A stretch of 64,000 nucleotides of DNA from Zygnema circumcarinatum SAG 698-1b (taxonomy: Eukaryota; Plantae; Zygnematophyceae): the NCBI GenBank assembly GCA_037447605.1, contig CM074812.1, positions 1,860,001-1,924,000 of the forward strand. Reading direction: 5' to 3'. Position numbers and translations under genes: made by a program. The notes beneath the pieces are model-generated. The model was given only the letters and a program-made list of their open reading frames with translations. It was not told the DNA's origin and made no database searches. This document shows, one piece after another, positions 47,471 to 58,133 of this stretch (position 1 is the first letter of the stretch; each line of letters opens with the position of its first letter).

Positions 47471-47900
47471 TAGGGTTGGGGGCACGGTCCCCCTCCGACC
47501 CGTGCCCAGGGGCACGTGCCCCCCCCCCCCAAGGGGGGGGGCATGCCCCTTTTCGTGCCCCGTGACGTGACTGCATTGAGCAATTCAAATCGGCCCCAAA
47601 AAGAATATAATATTTTTAAAACGGTACGGATGAAGGTACGGAAAGTACAGATGAATGTACTAAATGTACGAATAAAGGTACAAATGTACGGAAAATATGA
47701 AAAGTACGGACAGTACTCAACACCAATCGTCACCGGCCCGGGCCCGGTCGCACGAGGTAAGCGTCACGTGACAGGGGGCACGGGGGGGCACGAAATATAT
47801 GGAGAATATTTTTGGAGGCGTGCCCCGGGCACGGACGGTCAAAAATGGGGGGCATGCCCCCCCCCCCGGGCATGCCCGTGCCCCCGTGCCCCCAACCCTA
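47471..47900. mobile_element. Non-autonomous hAT-superfamily MITE, 430 bp
   Basis: Perfect 17-bp TIRs (TAGGGTTGGGGGCACGG at 47471-47487 and its reverse complement at 47884-47900) and a perfect 8-bp TSD CCCAGCGC (47463-47470 and 47901-47908). TAGGG termini with an 8-bp TSD are hAT hallmarks. Confidence 0.93.
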
Positions 47901-49420
47901 CCCAGCGCGGCCCAATCAGATTGCGCGTACGGACGGAAGGAGATTGTGGGCAACGTGGCGACGCCCCCCCAACCGGTTATCGACACGTGGCATCACGACA
48001 AAGCCGCCGCCCTCAGGGGAGAGCTCGTGCGGAAGGCGACAAGCGCGTGTTACGCTAGGGATGGATTAGTTACGACTATATAATATATATTATATTATAC
48101 AACTGTGACGACTAGATAACGGCTGATATATATTAATTTACAACGCCTTTACAACATGTACGGTCGTATGGTCGTACGACTATACGGTATTATGCGGCCC
48201 GAGCACGAGCAGACAGAGAAAACCAGACGAACGCATTTCGCAACGCTGTAGCGTAACGGAGCTGCGTTCGACGGATTTGCGTCAGTTCAATTGTACTTGA
48301 CGTATGCCTCTTCCGTGTCACGGATCAACGGAATCCAGGAGCTGCCAACGGAGATTGAGAGAAGGCGGCGCCATGCGTTGGCGGCCCACGGAACAGCACA
48401 CCATCCAGCAAGGCGCACTCGGGAACACCGCCTGAGGCCGCCGATTATCATTCGTTGACCTATCCGAAGGCTCCACGTAGTCAGTCAGGCCTCTCAGTGG
48501 GCAGTTGGCCAATTAGAGACTGTCACTGCTAAGACTCAAGATCTATTGTCAGTGTTAAGTAGATGGGATGTCAGTGATGCTTCTTTGTCTTTTAGTGCTG
48601 GGCTTAGTATTTGTATTTGCTGTGTGGTTTGTTGTCTTGTTCTTCTTTCTTCTTTTCCTTCCTCTTCAGTTACAGCAACAGATGCTAAGTAAGAGAGAGA
48701 GAGAGAGAGAGAGAGTTCCATGCCATAGATAGAGAGAGAGAGAGAGAGAGANNNNNNNNNNAGAGAGAGAGAGAGAGAGAGAAAGAGTCTTCTTGCTGAT
48801 AGCATTTAGACGTCCCATTCAGCCCAGTTAGACAAAGATTTCAGTGAGAAGACAATTTCATTGTAATGACATTCCCCAGCCAACCGCTGGCTGGGGTGAG
48901 TTTCCAAAATACCACCTTTATCTAAGTTGTGTCCTGTTTTCCCTCTGCTGTCACTATGCCAAGCCCCTATCTTGCTCTATCCTGCCTTGCATTGCTCTCA
49001 ATGACCAATGATCACTAGAAGCCTAGCTAAGAGACTAGCCGAGGAGAGGACAGGGGAGGAGGGTCCCCAAGGAAGGGCTCTTTGCGCATCAAGTCCAGCC
49101 GCCGGTGGGAACGTCTTCAGAATCCCTACGTCTTCCGCTGCGCGTACCTCTGAATCCCCCGGATCCTGGCTCTATGCTGCAGGCAGACCCACAGCACCAC
49201 CCCAACCCTACGTCAGTTTCAGCACGGACACGCGAGTGGCCGTACAGCACCTGCAGCTAGCTCAGCAGTCTTTGTTTAACCCCACTTATCTTGTGCTACA
49301 ACGCCAACGCCAAAACGACCTAATTTTGGTATGGTACGACCGTACGAGTACGGTCGTACGGTCGTTAATTGTTCAAAACGAGTAGGTATAATATATGTAA
49401 TAAAGTGTTTTACTTTGAAG

Positions 49421-49706
49421 CCGACGAGTTTGTTCCTATGGCTATTGAGATTTTTGGCTGCCTCGACACCCGTTTGGATACCTTCCTTCGCCAGTGCGCC
49501 CATCGCTCTTTCGAGATGCACGGCCCCGGAAGCCCTCCTCCGGCGATCTTGGCTACCTTTTATCGACAACGTATTTCCGTCGCCCTTCAGCGTTGCCTCG
49601 CTTCNNNNNNNNNNGTGCTGCAGTTGTTGGTGACCGTGTTGGTGGACTTCCGCCGCTCCCTCCTCGCGACGTGCCTCACATCGGTGACCTCCGCGGCTGC
49701 TTCTAG
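49421..49706 (+). mobile_element. 5'-truncated fragment of an RLE-type (CRE/R2-like) non-LTR retrotransposon, C-terminal endonuclease region
   Basis: Translation FVPMAIEIFGCLDTRLDTFLRQCAHR...ILATFYRQRISVALQRCLA matches the FxPxxxExxG...xSxxLQRxxA tail of restriction-like-endonuclease retroelements. It is interrupted by the gap at 49605-49614, and no RT domain lies upstream. Confidence 0.7.
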
Positions 49707-50089
49707 GGCTGCGTTGTTGTGCCTAGGCGTAGTTTTCCGCTCCTAGCTTCGTTTTATTGTGTTTCGGTCCTTTGTGACCAGTCCTTCGTGGTTCCACATT
49801 TTGCCTTTATCCATGTAAATTTGATGGCCTCGCCATCGCGAGTTCAATGAAAGTTTGTGTATTTGTTTTTACTTTGTAATATATTACTAATTTTAAACCC
49901 GTTGTAAAATATATAATATATTCGGAATTTATAACGCGGGCAATAGCGTAACTTACGCTATTGTGGACGGACCGACCGTTGACCCGGCAGTGTCCGTACT
50001 TGCACGTGCGAGGCCGAGCTCTGGTTGGATGGCAAGGCCGGAGGGGCTTCAGTGTCGCGGGGAGAGTGTGCGAGGGAGAGAGAGCGGAG

Positions 50090-50830
50090 AGGAGCTGGGG
50101 AGAGCGAGAGGAGGGAGCGGAGAGGATCTGGGGAGGGAGAGAGAAGGGAGAGGAAAGGAGCTGGGGAGGGAGAGAGGAGGGAGAGGCGAGGAGCTGTGGA
50201 GGGAGAGAGGAGGGAGAGGCGAGGAGCTGGGGAGGGAGAGAGGGAGAGAGGAGGGAGAGAGGAGGGAGAGAGGAGGGAGAGAGGAGGGAGAGAGGAGGGA
50301 GAGGCAAGGAGCTGGGGAGGGAGAGGAGAGGAGCTGGGGAGGGAGAGAGGAGGGAGAGGCGAGGAGCTGGGGAGGGAGAGGAGAGGAGCTGGGGAGGGAG
50401 AGAGGAGGGAGAGTGGAGGGATAGGAGAGGAGCTGGGAAGGGAGGGGAGGGGAGCTGGGGAGGGAGAGGAGGGGAGCTGGGAAGGAAGGGGAGAGGATCT
50501 GGGGAGGGAGAGGAGAGAATCTGGGAAGGGGGAGAGCAGGAAGAGGAGAGGAGCTGGGGAGGGAGAGGAGAGGAGCTGGGGAGGGAGAGGATAGGATCTG
50601 GGGAGCGAGAGTGGCGGGAGGGGAGAGGAGCTGGGGAGGGAGTGGAGAGGATCTGGGGAGGGACAGGGGAAGGAGAGGAGAGGAGCTGGGGAGGGTGAGA
50701 GGAGGGAGAGAAGAGGATCTGGGAAGGGAGAGAGGAGGAAGAGGAGAGGAGCTGGGCAGAGAGAGAGGAGGGAGAGGAGAGGAGCTGGGAAGAGAGGAAA
50801 AAAGGATATTACAGGGGCTGGGAAGAGTAA
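50090..50830. repeat. Degenerate purine-rich minisatellite, about 24 GGAGCTGGGGA / GGATCTGGGGA cores spaced about 22-33 bp
   Basis: Cores counted by eye within a near-pure G/A background. Confidence 0.85.
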
Positions 50831-51419
50831 GGGAAATATAATTTGTGGAGCGGGTGGGAGGAGAGAGTGATTTGGGGAGGAAAAGGTGGCGGAGAGGGCG
50901 GAAGGAGTGGAGAAAGCTAAGAAGCGGTAGTCAAAGGTGAAGGAACGAGTGGAGTGAAAGAAGAGAGGGAGAGAGGAGAAGCTTAAAAGTAGAGTGAGGG
51001 AGGGCGAGAGCGTGAGAAACATTCATCGGACGAGAGGAGTGGCGAGTGAGAAGGAGATAGAGAGGACATCGGAGAGGAGAGGCGGGGCGCAGGAAACTAT
51101 TAAGGAGGATTCAAAAGAAGGTATGTCTGAACATTGCGAGATGCCACGACTGATAAAAATTGGAAGTAGTCCTCGAATGGACGAATATTGCATTGACGGA
51201 GATACTCGTCACAGAAGCTAAAAGGGACTAATAAGTACAAAAAAGAAAAGGGTAGAGGACGAGGTAAACGATAAAGTACCACTTAACTGTTGATGCAGAG
51301 GCTACATCAATGTGTTGGTCCTTAGTTCCTAGCATGAATGGCATCAATGTGTTGTTATGGCGTGCATTCCTGCGCTCACACCTTCTCCTCCTCCTGGTGG
51401 CGAGGCGAGGCGGTGCAGG

Positions 51420-54400
51420 ATGGGGCGGAGGCCATGGCTGCCGCTGTTCCTCGCGCTCTGCGGCGCCGCATACTTCGGCGGCATGCACGCACATGCACGC
51501 CGCCTATCATCCGCCAAGCCTGCTCACCCGCCCCGCTTCTCTCCCTCCCTGGAGGGAGAGGGCCTCGAGAGGGAGAGTGCACTCTCACAGCAGGTGCTCC
51601 TCTCTCGCAGCTCTTCGCCAAGGTTTTTCATTTCCATTGGTTTTTCTAATGCCGAGTAGCTTTCTGTTTCTATACGCGGAAGGCTTGAGTTCACTCCGCC
51701 TTTTGTGTGGAGAGGCGCTGTGCAGACAAGCCATGGCGGAGGCGGTTTGTCGATCTATGACGCGTCGGGTGTGGAGTTGGAAGTGACGACCGCCATAGCT
51801 TTTGCGCACTTGGGCGTCTTCGCGGAGCCCTACAAACCCACCATCTTCTGTGAGCTCCCTCACTGCTCCTCCCCATATTCTTAAAATATGAGCTTTGGAG
51901 GCCATAGCTGACTTCCTCAATATGGGCACAAGCTGAGTGGGGGCTCCCTTCTCCTTTGCTTTTGGCCCCGCAGCGTTCAGCCTCTTCCAGCAAAACCGCA
52001 ACATCTCAGAGGGGTGGCTCCTGCACGCGGAGGGGCCCAAGGGCCAACGCGTGGTTGGGCGCCAAGGAAGCATCACGTTCTACGAGCCCGGTCAGCACCA
52101 GCTCAAAGTTTCCGCCTGCCCGATCTCCGCCGACTCCACTGAGGACTGCTCGACGGGTACAGCCACAACGGTGTGAACAACTTACTTCCCATAAAGAATT
52201 GGGGTCTCGAGACTCGTTAGGTTCTGAAAGCCATCTTTCTTCTCCTTTTCAACGTGATTTTGTACCATTCGACATTCTCATGACCTTTAGTTTTGCTTGT
52301 TTTGCATGTTTTGCCATTGCATGGTGGCAGACCTTCCTCGTGCCTGTGCGTGTCAACTACGTCCGCAGGAGCATACGCTCTCTTGACAAAGGCGAGTTGG
52401 GGAAATTGTTTACGGCCGTCAAAGTGATGCGGAACCACACTACAGATGAAGGAAAGGCTCTATTCGGCCCGAGGTATCGCCCTGTCTGCCTTATCATCCC
52501 GCCCTCCCCTCCCCTTTCCCCCTCTTTCCACACTTGTCCCTCCCCCATGCCTCTCATCCTTCTTTTTGCACTGCGGTCCCCCCTCTGAGTCCACATCCTT
52601 CCGTTCTATGTTGGACTCCGACTTTCTCTGAGGGAAAAAATGTCATCTTGAGAAGAATCGTGCCACTCTAACTCAATGCAGCTCCACGCGCTGCTTCCGG
52701 GCAGGTTCCGGAGCTACTTGGAGCTGGCGGCGTTCCATGCCGCGGCCGTGTGGGTAAAGGCACCGGAGTGCGATTTCGGGCACACGGGACCCGCCTTCGT
52801 CACCTTCCACCGCGCCTTTGTGCGTATGTTCGAGCTCTCTCTCCAGGTGCGTTGCTCTCACAAGCATGGGGCCCTTTCGAAGCTTTTCATAAGAAAAAGT
52901 AAAATAATGCTTCATATATTAGGGGGGTCTGTGTTGATAGTACGGGCGCTTCTAACGTCAGCTTCATGTGATGGGCAGTCAGTAGACCCCAGCCTCGCTA
53001 TGCCGTATTGGGATTACTTGAATGAGGAGAATCCCCTCCAAAGCTTTTTCTTTTCAGACGACTATTACGGAAACTACAGCGGGGACCCCTTGAATGACTA
53101 CCAAGGTAACATCTCCGCGTTTCCTACTCGTCACTCAGATGTTTTGATTACGTTCTCGCATGTAACAAAAGTTTGTTTTAAAAAACCCAATACCAATATG
53201 GAAGGTAGCGAGTTTGATCCATTTCGGTAGTTAGCGTTTTCTTCATTTTTATTAATTTATTTTATTTTTGCTTTTTTCAACTCATTATACTTCATGGGTC
53301 CCATTTCCATGGGTGCAGTTCTTTCTGGTCAGTTCGCGAACTGGGTAATACCATCCGGCAAGGAAGCGTTGGCGCTCGCGCATATGACGTGGGGAAGGCT
53401 GGGCCCGAGCGATACGACAAATGCCTATGGCTTCTTTCGAGGGTCAGTTCACATAGTATTCCCCCCGCCTCCATCAGTCGACATTTTCTCCGTCTATCCC
53501 ATGCAAGCTCTTGCAATTTGAATACTAGAGCCTGTCTCCATTGAATCCTCAGCGTGATCATGTGCTCTTATGGCGTTGCAGACCTGATAATGTGAACAAA
53601 GCTCCTTTCCTCACACGATATGGTCCTCAACCCGGGTCAACTCCACCAACCCTTGCAACCTGGGAAACTTGTGCGGAGAATAATGTGTTCGGCGCCTATA
53701 TTCGTTGCTTAGATACTTCCGGTAAGTCAAACTCAACTTCAAGGATCGCATCTGTTCCGCTATTGGACACGGGGTTGAGTTTGCTCGTTGTCTGAAGGAG
53801 CACTGCGCAAGCATTGGCACGTTCGGATGGTAAACTCGCGGAGACCTTACTGTGCAGACACGCATCCCTTCTATCATGATGCCATCGGCGGCTCGCACGG
53901 TGCTCCCACGTTTGACGAAGTCGTTGACCAGCTCAACTGCTCCGGTTTCGCAACACTCGACGAGTGCAACACCGCCTTCACTGCGGCCGTAGTGAGCGGT
54001 GGAGCGTATCGGAGCGTGGGCGTGAGGGAGAGTTGCACCCTGTGCGACTGACGCTGCACTTTGGACCAACCGTTGCAGGACTGCGGCTGTCTGTGTGAGA
54101 TGGTGAGCACTTAGTCCAGTAGTCGTGAACATGCAAGAAATGCGAATGCATTCTTTGTTCCCTTGCAGTGCAATGCACATTATTGTTCAGATACTCGGAT
54201 GCGAGAGGGTCAGAACATTTCGAGGCAAATAGGCCAGCTGTCTCATATCGCGCAAATGGGTGCATGCTCATCTCGAACTGGTCCTTTCAACTTTAGTGTG
54301 AAGGTTTCATGCAGAACACAATGCAGCCAAAAAGCACATACCCCAGAATGAGTGCAAATGTAAGCTATTCAGTGGACCATAAGAATGGGTCGATCTCATC

Positions 54401-55428
54401 ACTCGTACTGTGGATGAATAGCTTCTCTTTAATGCTAAAGTGAGGCGACTACACCATTTTTTCCTAAGTAGGTCTCTTGCACTTTCCTGAGATGTTTTAT
54501 CTCTCGGTATTCAGGAAATGACCAAGTTCCTTCCTCAGAACGCCATCACCCGGATGCTCAATAAGGTGGGGCTGGAGGCGTCCGAGACACTCAGCGCGCA
54601 TTGGGAGTTCGCAGCCTACGGCATGTGCAGCCCTGCGAGGAGCGCAGGAGACTACCTCGGTAGGCTCCTCTCTCCTCCCTTGTCAAGTGCCCGTGATTTT
54701 AACTTTGGTGACAGGTGAGAGCAAGGAAAAAGGATAGAAGTGCACGATGACGATGGAAGGGGGTGCGTGTGGAGGGAGGGAGGAGGAAACGGACAATGAC
54801 GGACAAACGAGGGCGGGGTAGAGAGAGAGAGAGAGAGAGTGAGAGAGAGAGGGGGGTTGGGGATGGATTGGGAGAGAGCTAGATTTAGGGAGGAGAAAAT
54901 GAAAGGGAGAGAGGACGAAAGCGAGGTGGACAGCGACAGAGAATGTCTTAACCCGCAAATTTGTTCCTGCTGTGGCTGTGTGAATTGTTCGATGTATTGT
55001 TCAACAACGCAGACAGCGCTGTGTCTCCCCTTGATCCGGTATTCTATCCCATTCACACCAACATCGACCGCCTCCTTGTGTCGTGGCGCATGCGCTACCC
55101 CGACATTCCGTGGAACGAGTCGGGCTTCACATATCCCAGCCTCGACCCCCGAGTGTACCCCGACTACTCGAGCTTCACCAACATTCTGGAAGAGGGAAGT
55201 ATTTACCCTGGCGTTTTCTGGCCTGGAAATGACAACCCGTCAGGCGTGTGTGTCGGTCATGGCCTTTACGATGAGATCGCGGCTGGAGGCTTTGTGAATG
55301 TCTTCAGATCTCTCCCTGCAGATCAACCGCATACGAACTTGGACATATTGGAGACAATCGACCTTGAGCTCGCGCATCCTCACTTAGCAGAATACATATA
55401 CGACCACTATGAAACGCATGAAACCTAG
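51420..55428 (+). CDS. Secreted tyrosinase-family (type-3 di-copper) oxidase, multi-exon
   Basis: Signal peptide MGRRPWLPLFLALCGAAYFGGMHAHA; YVRRSIRSL. CuA exon 52705-52846 (FHAAAV..DFGHTGPAFVTFHRAFVRMFELSLQ) followed by SLAMPYWDY. CuB motifs THPFYHDAIGG (from 53858) and SPLDPVFYPIHTNIDRL (last exon 55013-55428). Exons between the two CuB parts are only partly resolved. Confidence 0.9.
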
Positions 55429-56949
55429 TGGTCAGGTCTACTGCACATACTCTGGTCAGGGCCTCTTGCCTGGAGATGGTGTTCTCCATAATTAAATGAA
55501 GGTTTCATTTTTGCACCCCGTTGGTAGCTATAACATGATCGCAGGTTGTAGTTTACGAGAAATGCAGCCGAAGGGCTCCATTTTTAGAAGCAGGCATCTC
55601 TTTGGATCCTTTGCGTGACTGAAACTTTGTACAGAAATGTTGTAAATAGGAGTTAGGAAACGCACGCTTTGCTAGAGCCGAGTTCTACGGCTTTGCGACT
55701 TACAGTAGCAGAAGTTCCATTTGATGTCTCGACTAAAAAGAAATGAAATGTGAACGTGACAATGTTCCATGATAACTTTTCACCGGAGCAAACGAGCGTG
55801 TACTGGAATGATGTGGCTGCTGGCTTCATTGAAAGATGTCAAGCGACCAAGTGATGCGCAGGCTCTCGCTTACTTCAGTGATGTGGAGCTCACTCAGCTA
55901 AAATGATGCAGGAACCCACTACCGTCAGATGGCATAGCGCTGCGCCATGTCATGTGTTTTTCTGCCATCACATTCAATCACAACCGCGGCGATGTGTCTT
56001 TAAATCGTCGTCAAGTTTCTTAATGAGTTAGAAATGCAGCGCAGTCAAGAGACGATCCCGTTCATTCCGAATCCAAGGCGTCGTCGCCATCAAATGTTGA
56101 AACAAAGGGCCGCCATTGCGTCAAGCACCGTCTTAAGGGAACAAGTGCCCAAATCGATAGAGCAGCAGCGCCCGCGCGCGCCGCTCAGCTGCGGCAGGTG
56201 TCGCTGTTCAGCTCTCCGTTACGGCCCGCACGGGGAACGGAACAAAACAAAACGGGAATGGTTCAGGGTTTATGGTAGACCTTTAATTACATCAATTCAT
56301 TTCCAGTGAACCAGTTGAACATATTCACCACATAGAACCCTCGCACTGGCAGTTTGACTTCTGGTCGCCGCACGCCATTGGCCGCCGCGCAGCCGCCACG
56401 CGCGCGCCGGCCAATCAGAGGGTGCGGTTTCGTCAACGCGAAGGTCACGTGGCATTCAGGGATTGGCTTGGAGGAAAAGGAAAATGCTCGCAGTCAAACT
56501 GTCGCCGGGCCAGCCAATTCACAGCACGGCCGCCGACATTTGATTGCCACGTGGCAAATACTCATTGGCGCACCCTTCAAGGCTCTGAAGAAACCACTTT
56601 CCCGCCCGCCTTCCGCACTCCCTCTCAGTCCCACTTGCCCTTCCTCTACCGCTCCCGCTCCCTCTCCCTCTCCCTCTCCCTCTCTCAAATCATTTGGTCA
56701 TCCGCTGCCACCTCTTTTTGAACCCTTCCTTTTTTACGACCGCATTGGAAGAGGCAGAGCTAGAAATTTGGGCCGAAGCAAAGGTTCAGGTGAGAGGATG
56801 ATGCCCTCAGACCACCAGACGAATGCTTTGGAAGCAAAAGGAATTCACCGAAATTCAGTTAATTCAAAGGCTGTGCATGAAAGTTGGCTGATGGAGATTC
56901 ATGTGGACGCAAAGGGCTCACATGTGATGTGATTGTTGCTTTCAACAGC

Positions 56950-58102
56950 ATGGACACGAGCCTTCAGTTTACCGTTATCCATGATGAGACGGCCTCTCTC
57001 CTCAGCGAGAAGGAGAATTTGGAGGAGAAGGAAAACCTCTTCCGGGTAATGGAACCCACTTCTCACTTAAACAGAAGCCACTAGTAGTGCGGTTACTCAT
57101 ATCACCATCACTGTCAGCGAATATGCCAATCTCCCTCAGTCCCTCCCTCCCTCCCTCCCCACCCTCCCCTGTTCCCCTCCTCCATATCCAATCTCTTCTC
57201 TCATACCCCCCTCCCCCATCCCTTCTCCTTCCTTCTCCCCACTTCTTCCCCTCCCCTCTTCCCCCTCCCCCCTCCCTTTTCCTTCCTTCTCCCCACTTCT
57301 CCCCCTCCCCTCTTCCCCCTCCCCCCTCTCCCCTCNNNNNNNNNNCTCCCCTCTCCCCTCTCCCCTCCCTTCCTCCCCGCACGCAGCTGCCTCTACGAGA
57401 TGTCCTCTCGCCACTCTCCCGCCACCATGCCTCCGAAGCTCCCCCAGCTGCTTATGGATGATTTTAGTCTGACTATCCCACTCCCCCTCCCCCCCTTCTT
57501 CTTGTTCCCTGTTCTTTTCTACTTTCAGATCTGCACCGGAGTCGTGTTCGCGACAGTGCTCCTCGCGGTCCTTCTCACCGCCTCGTTCTCCGTCGGGTAC
57601 TCCGAGCAGCTCCAAATAAAGGAGCCGCATCCGACCACCTCGATCAGGCGGCTCTTTCAAAAGTTCGAATTCAGGGAGGCGTTCGGGAGAGTAAACCCGC
57701 TATGGAAAGTGGCTCCTGTGGGAAATTCAGGTGACATGCATTACTATTAAATGTAGTTTTGCTACTATTGCTGGCATTATTTTTGTTTTTGTAGCAGTGG
57801 TATTTTGCTATTTGAATCTGAGGAGGTTGCGCTCGCGTTTAAATCATCGTTTTGAAGGGGTCCGGGGAAAGAGAGAGCCGAGAGTGAAAATGAGAGAGAG
57901 AAGCGAGAGCGAGCGAGAGAGAGAGAGAGAGCGAAATGGACAGATAGAGAGAGAGAGGGGTGGAGAGAGAAGGATTCAGGGGGAGAAAACAACGAGAGAC
58001 TTACATCAACTTTTTTCCTCACCTGTTTTCTACCGTCTACACGTCTCTCCCTCTCCTTATCTCTATACTCTCTGTCTCCCTCCCTCCCTCTTGCTCTCAC
58101 TC

Positions 58103-58133
<31 letters not shown>

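Noticed and set aside
48874-48896. 9-bp GC-rich hairpin CCCCAGCCA-accgc-TGGCTGGGG as a Helitron 3' end
   Set aside because: There is no CTRR terminus at the expected distance on either strand.
49958-51022. 354-aa Pro/Ser/Leu-rich ORF on the minus strand (and overlapping G/E/R-rich plus-strand ORFs) resembling an HRGP
   Set aside because: It coincides with the purine minisatellite. Pure R/Y tracts lack stop codons in all frames, and there is no credible start context or domain.
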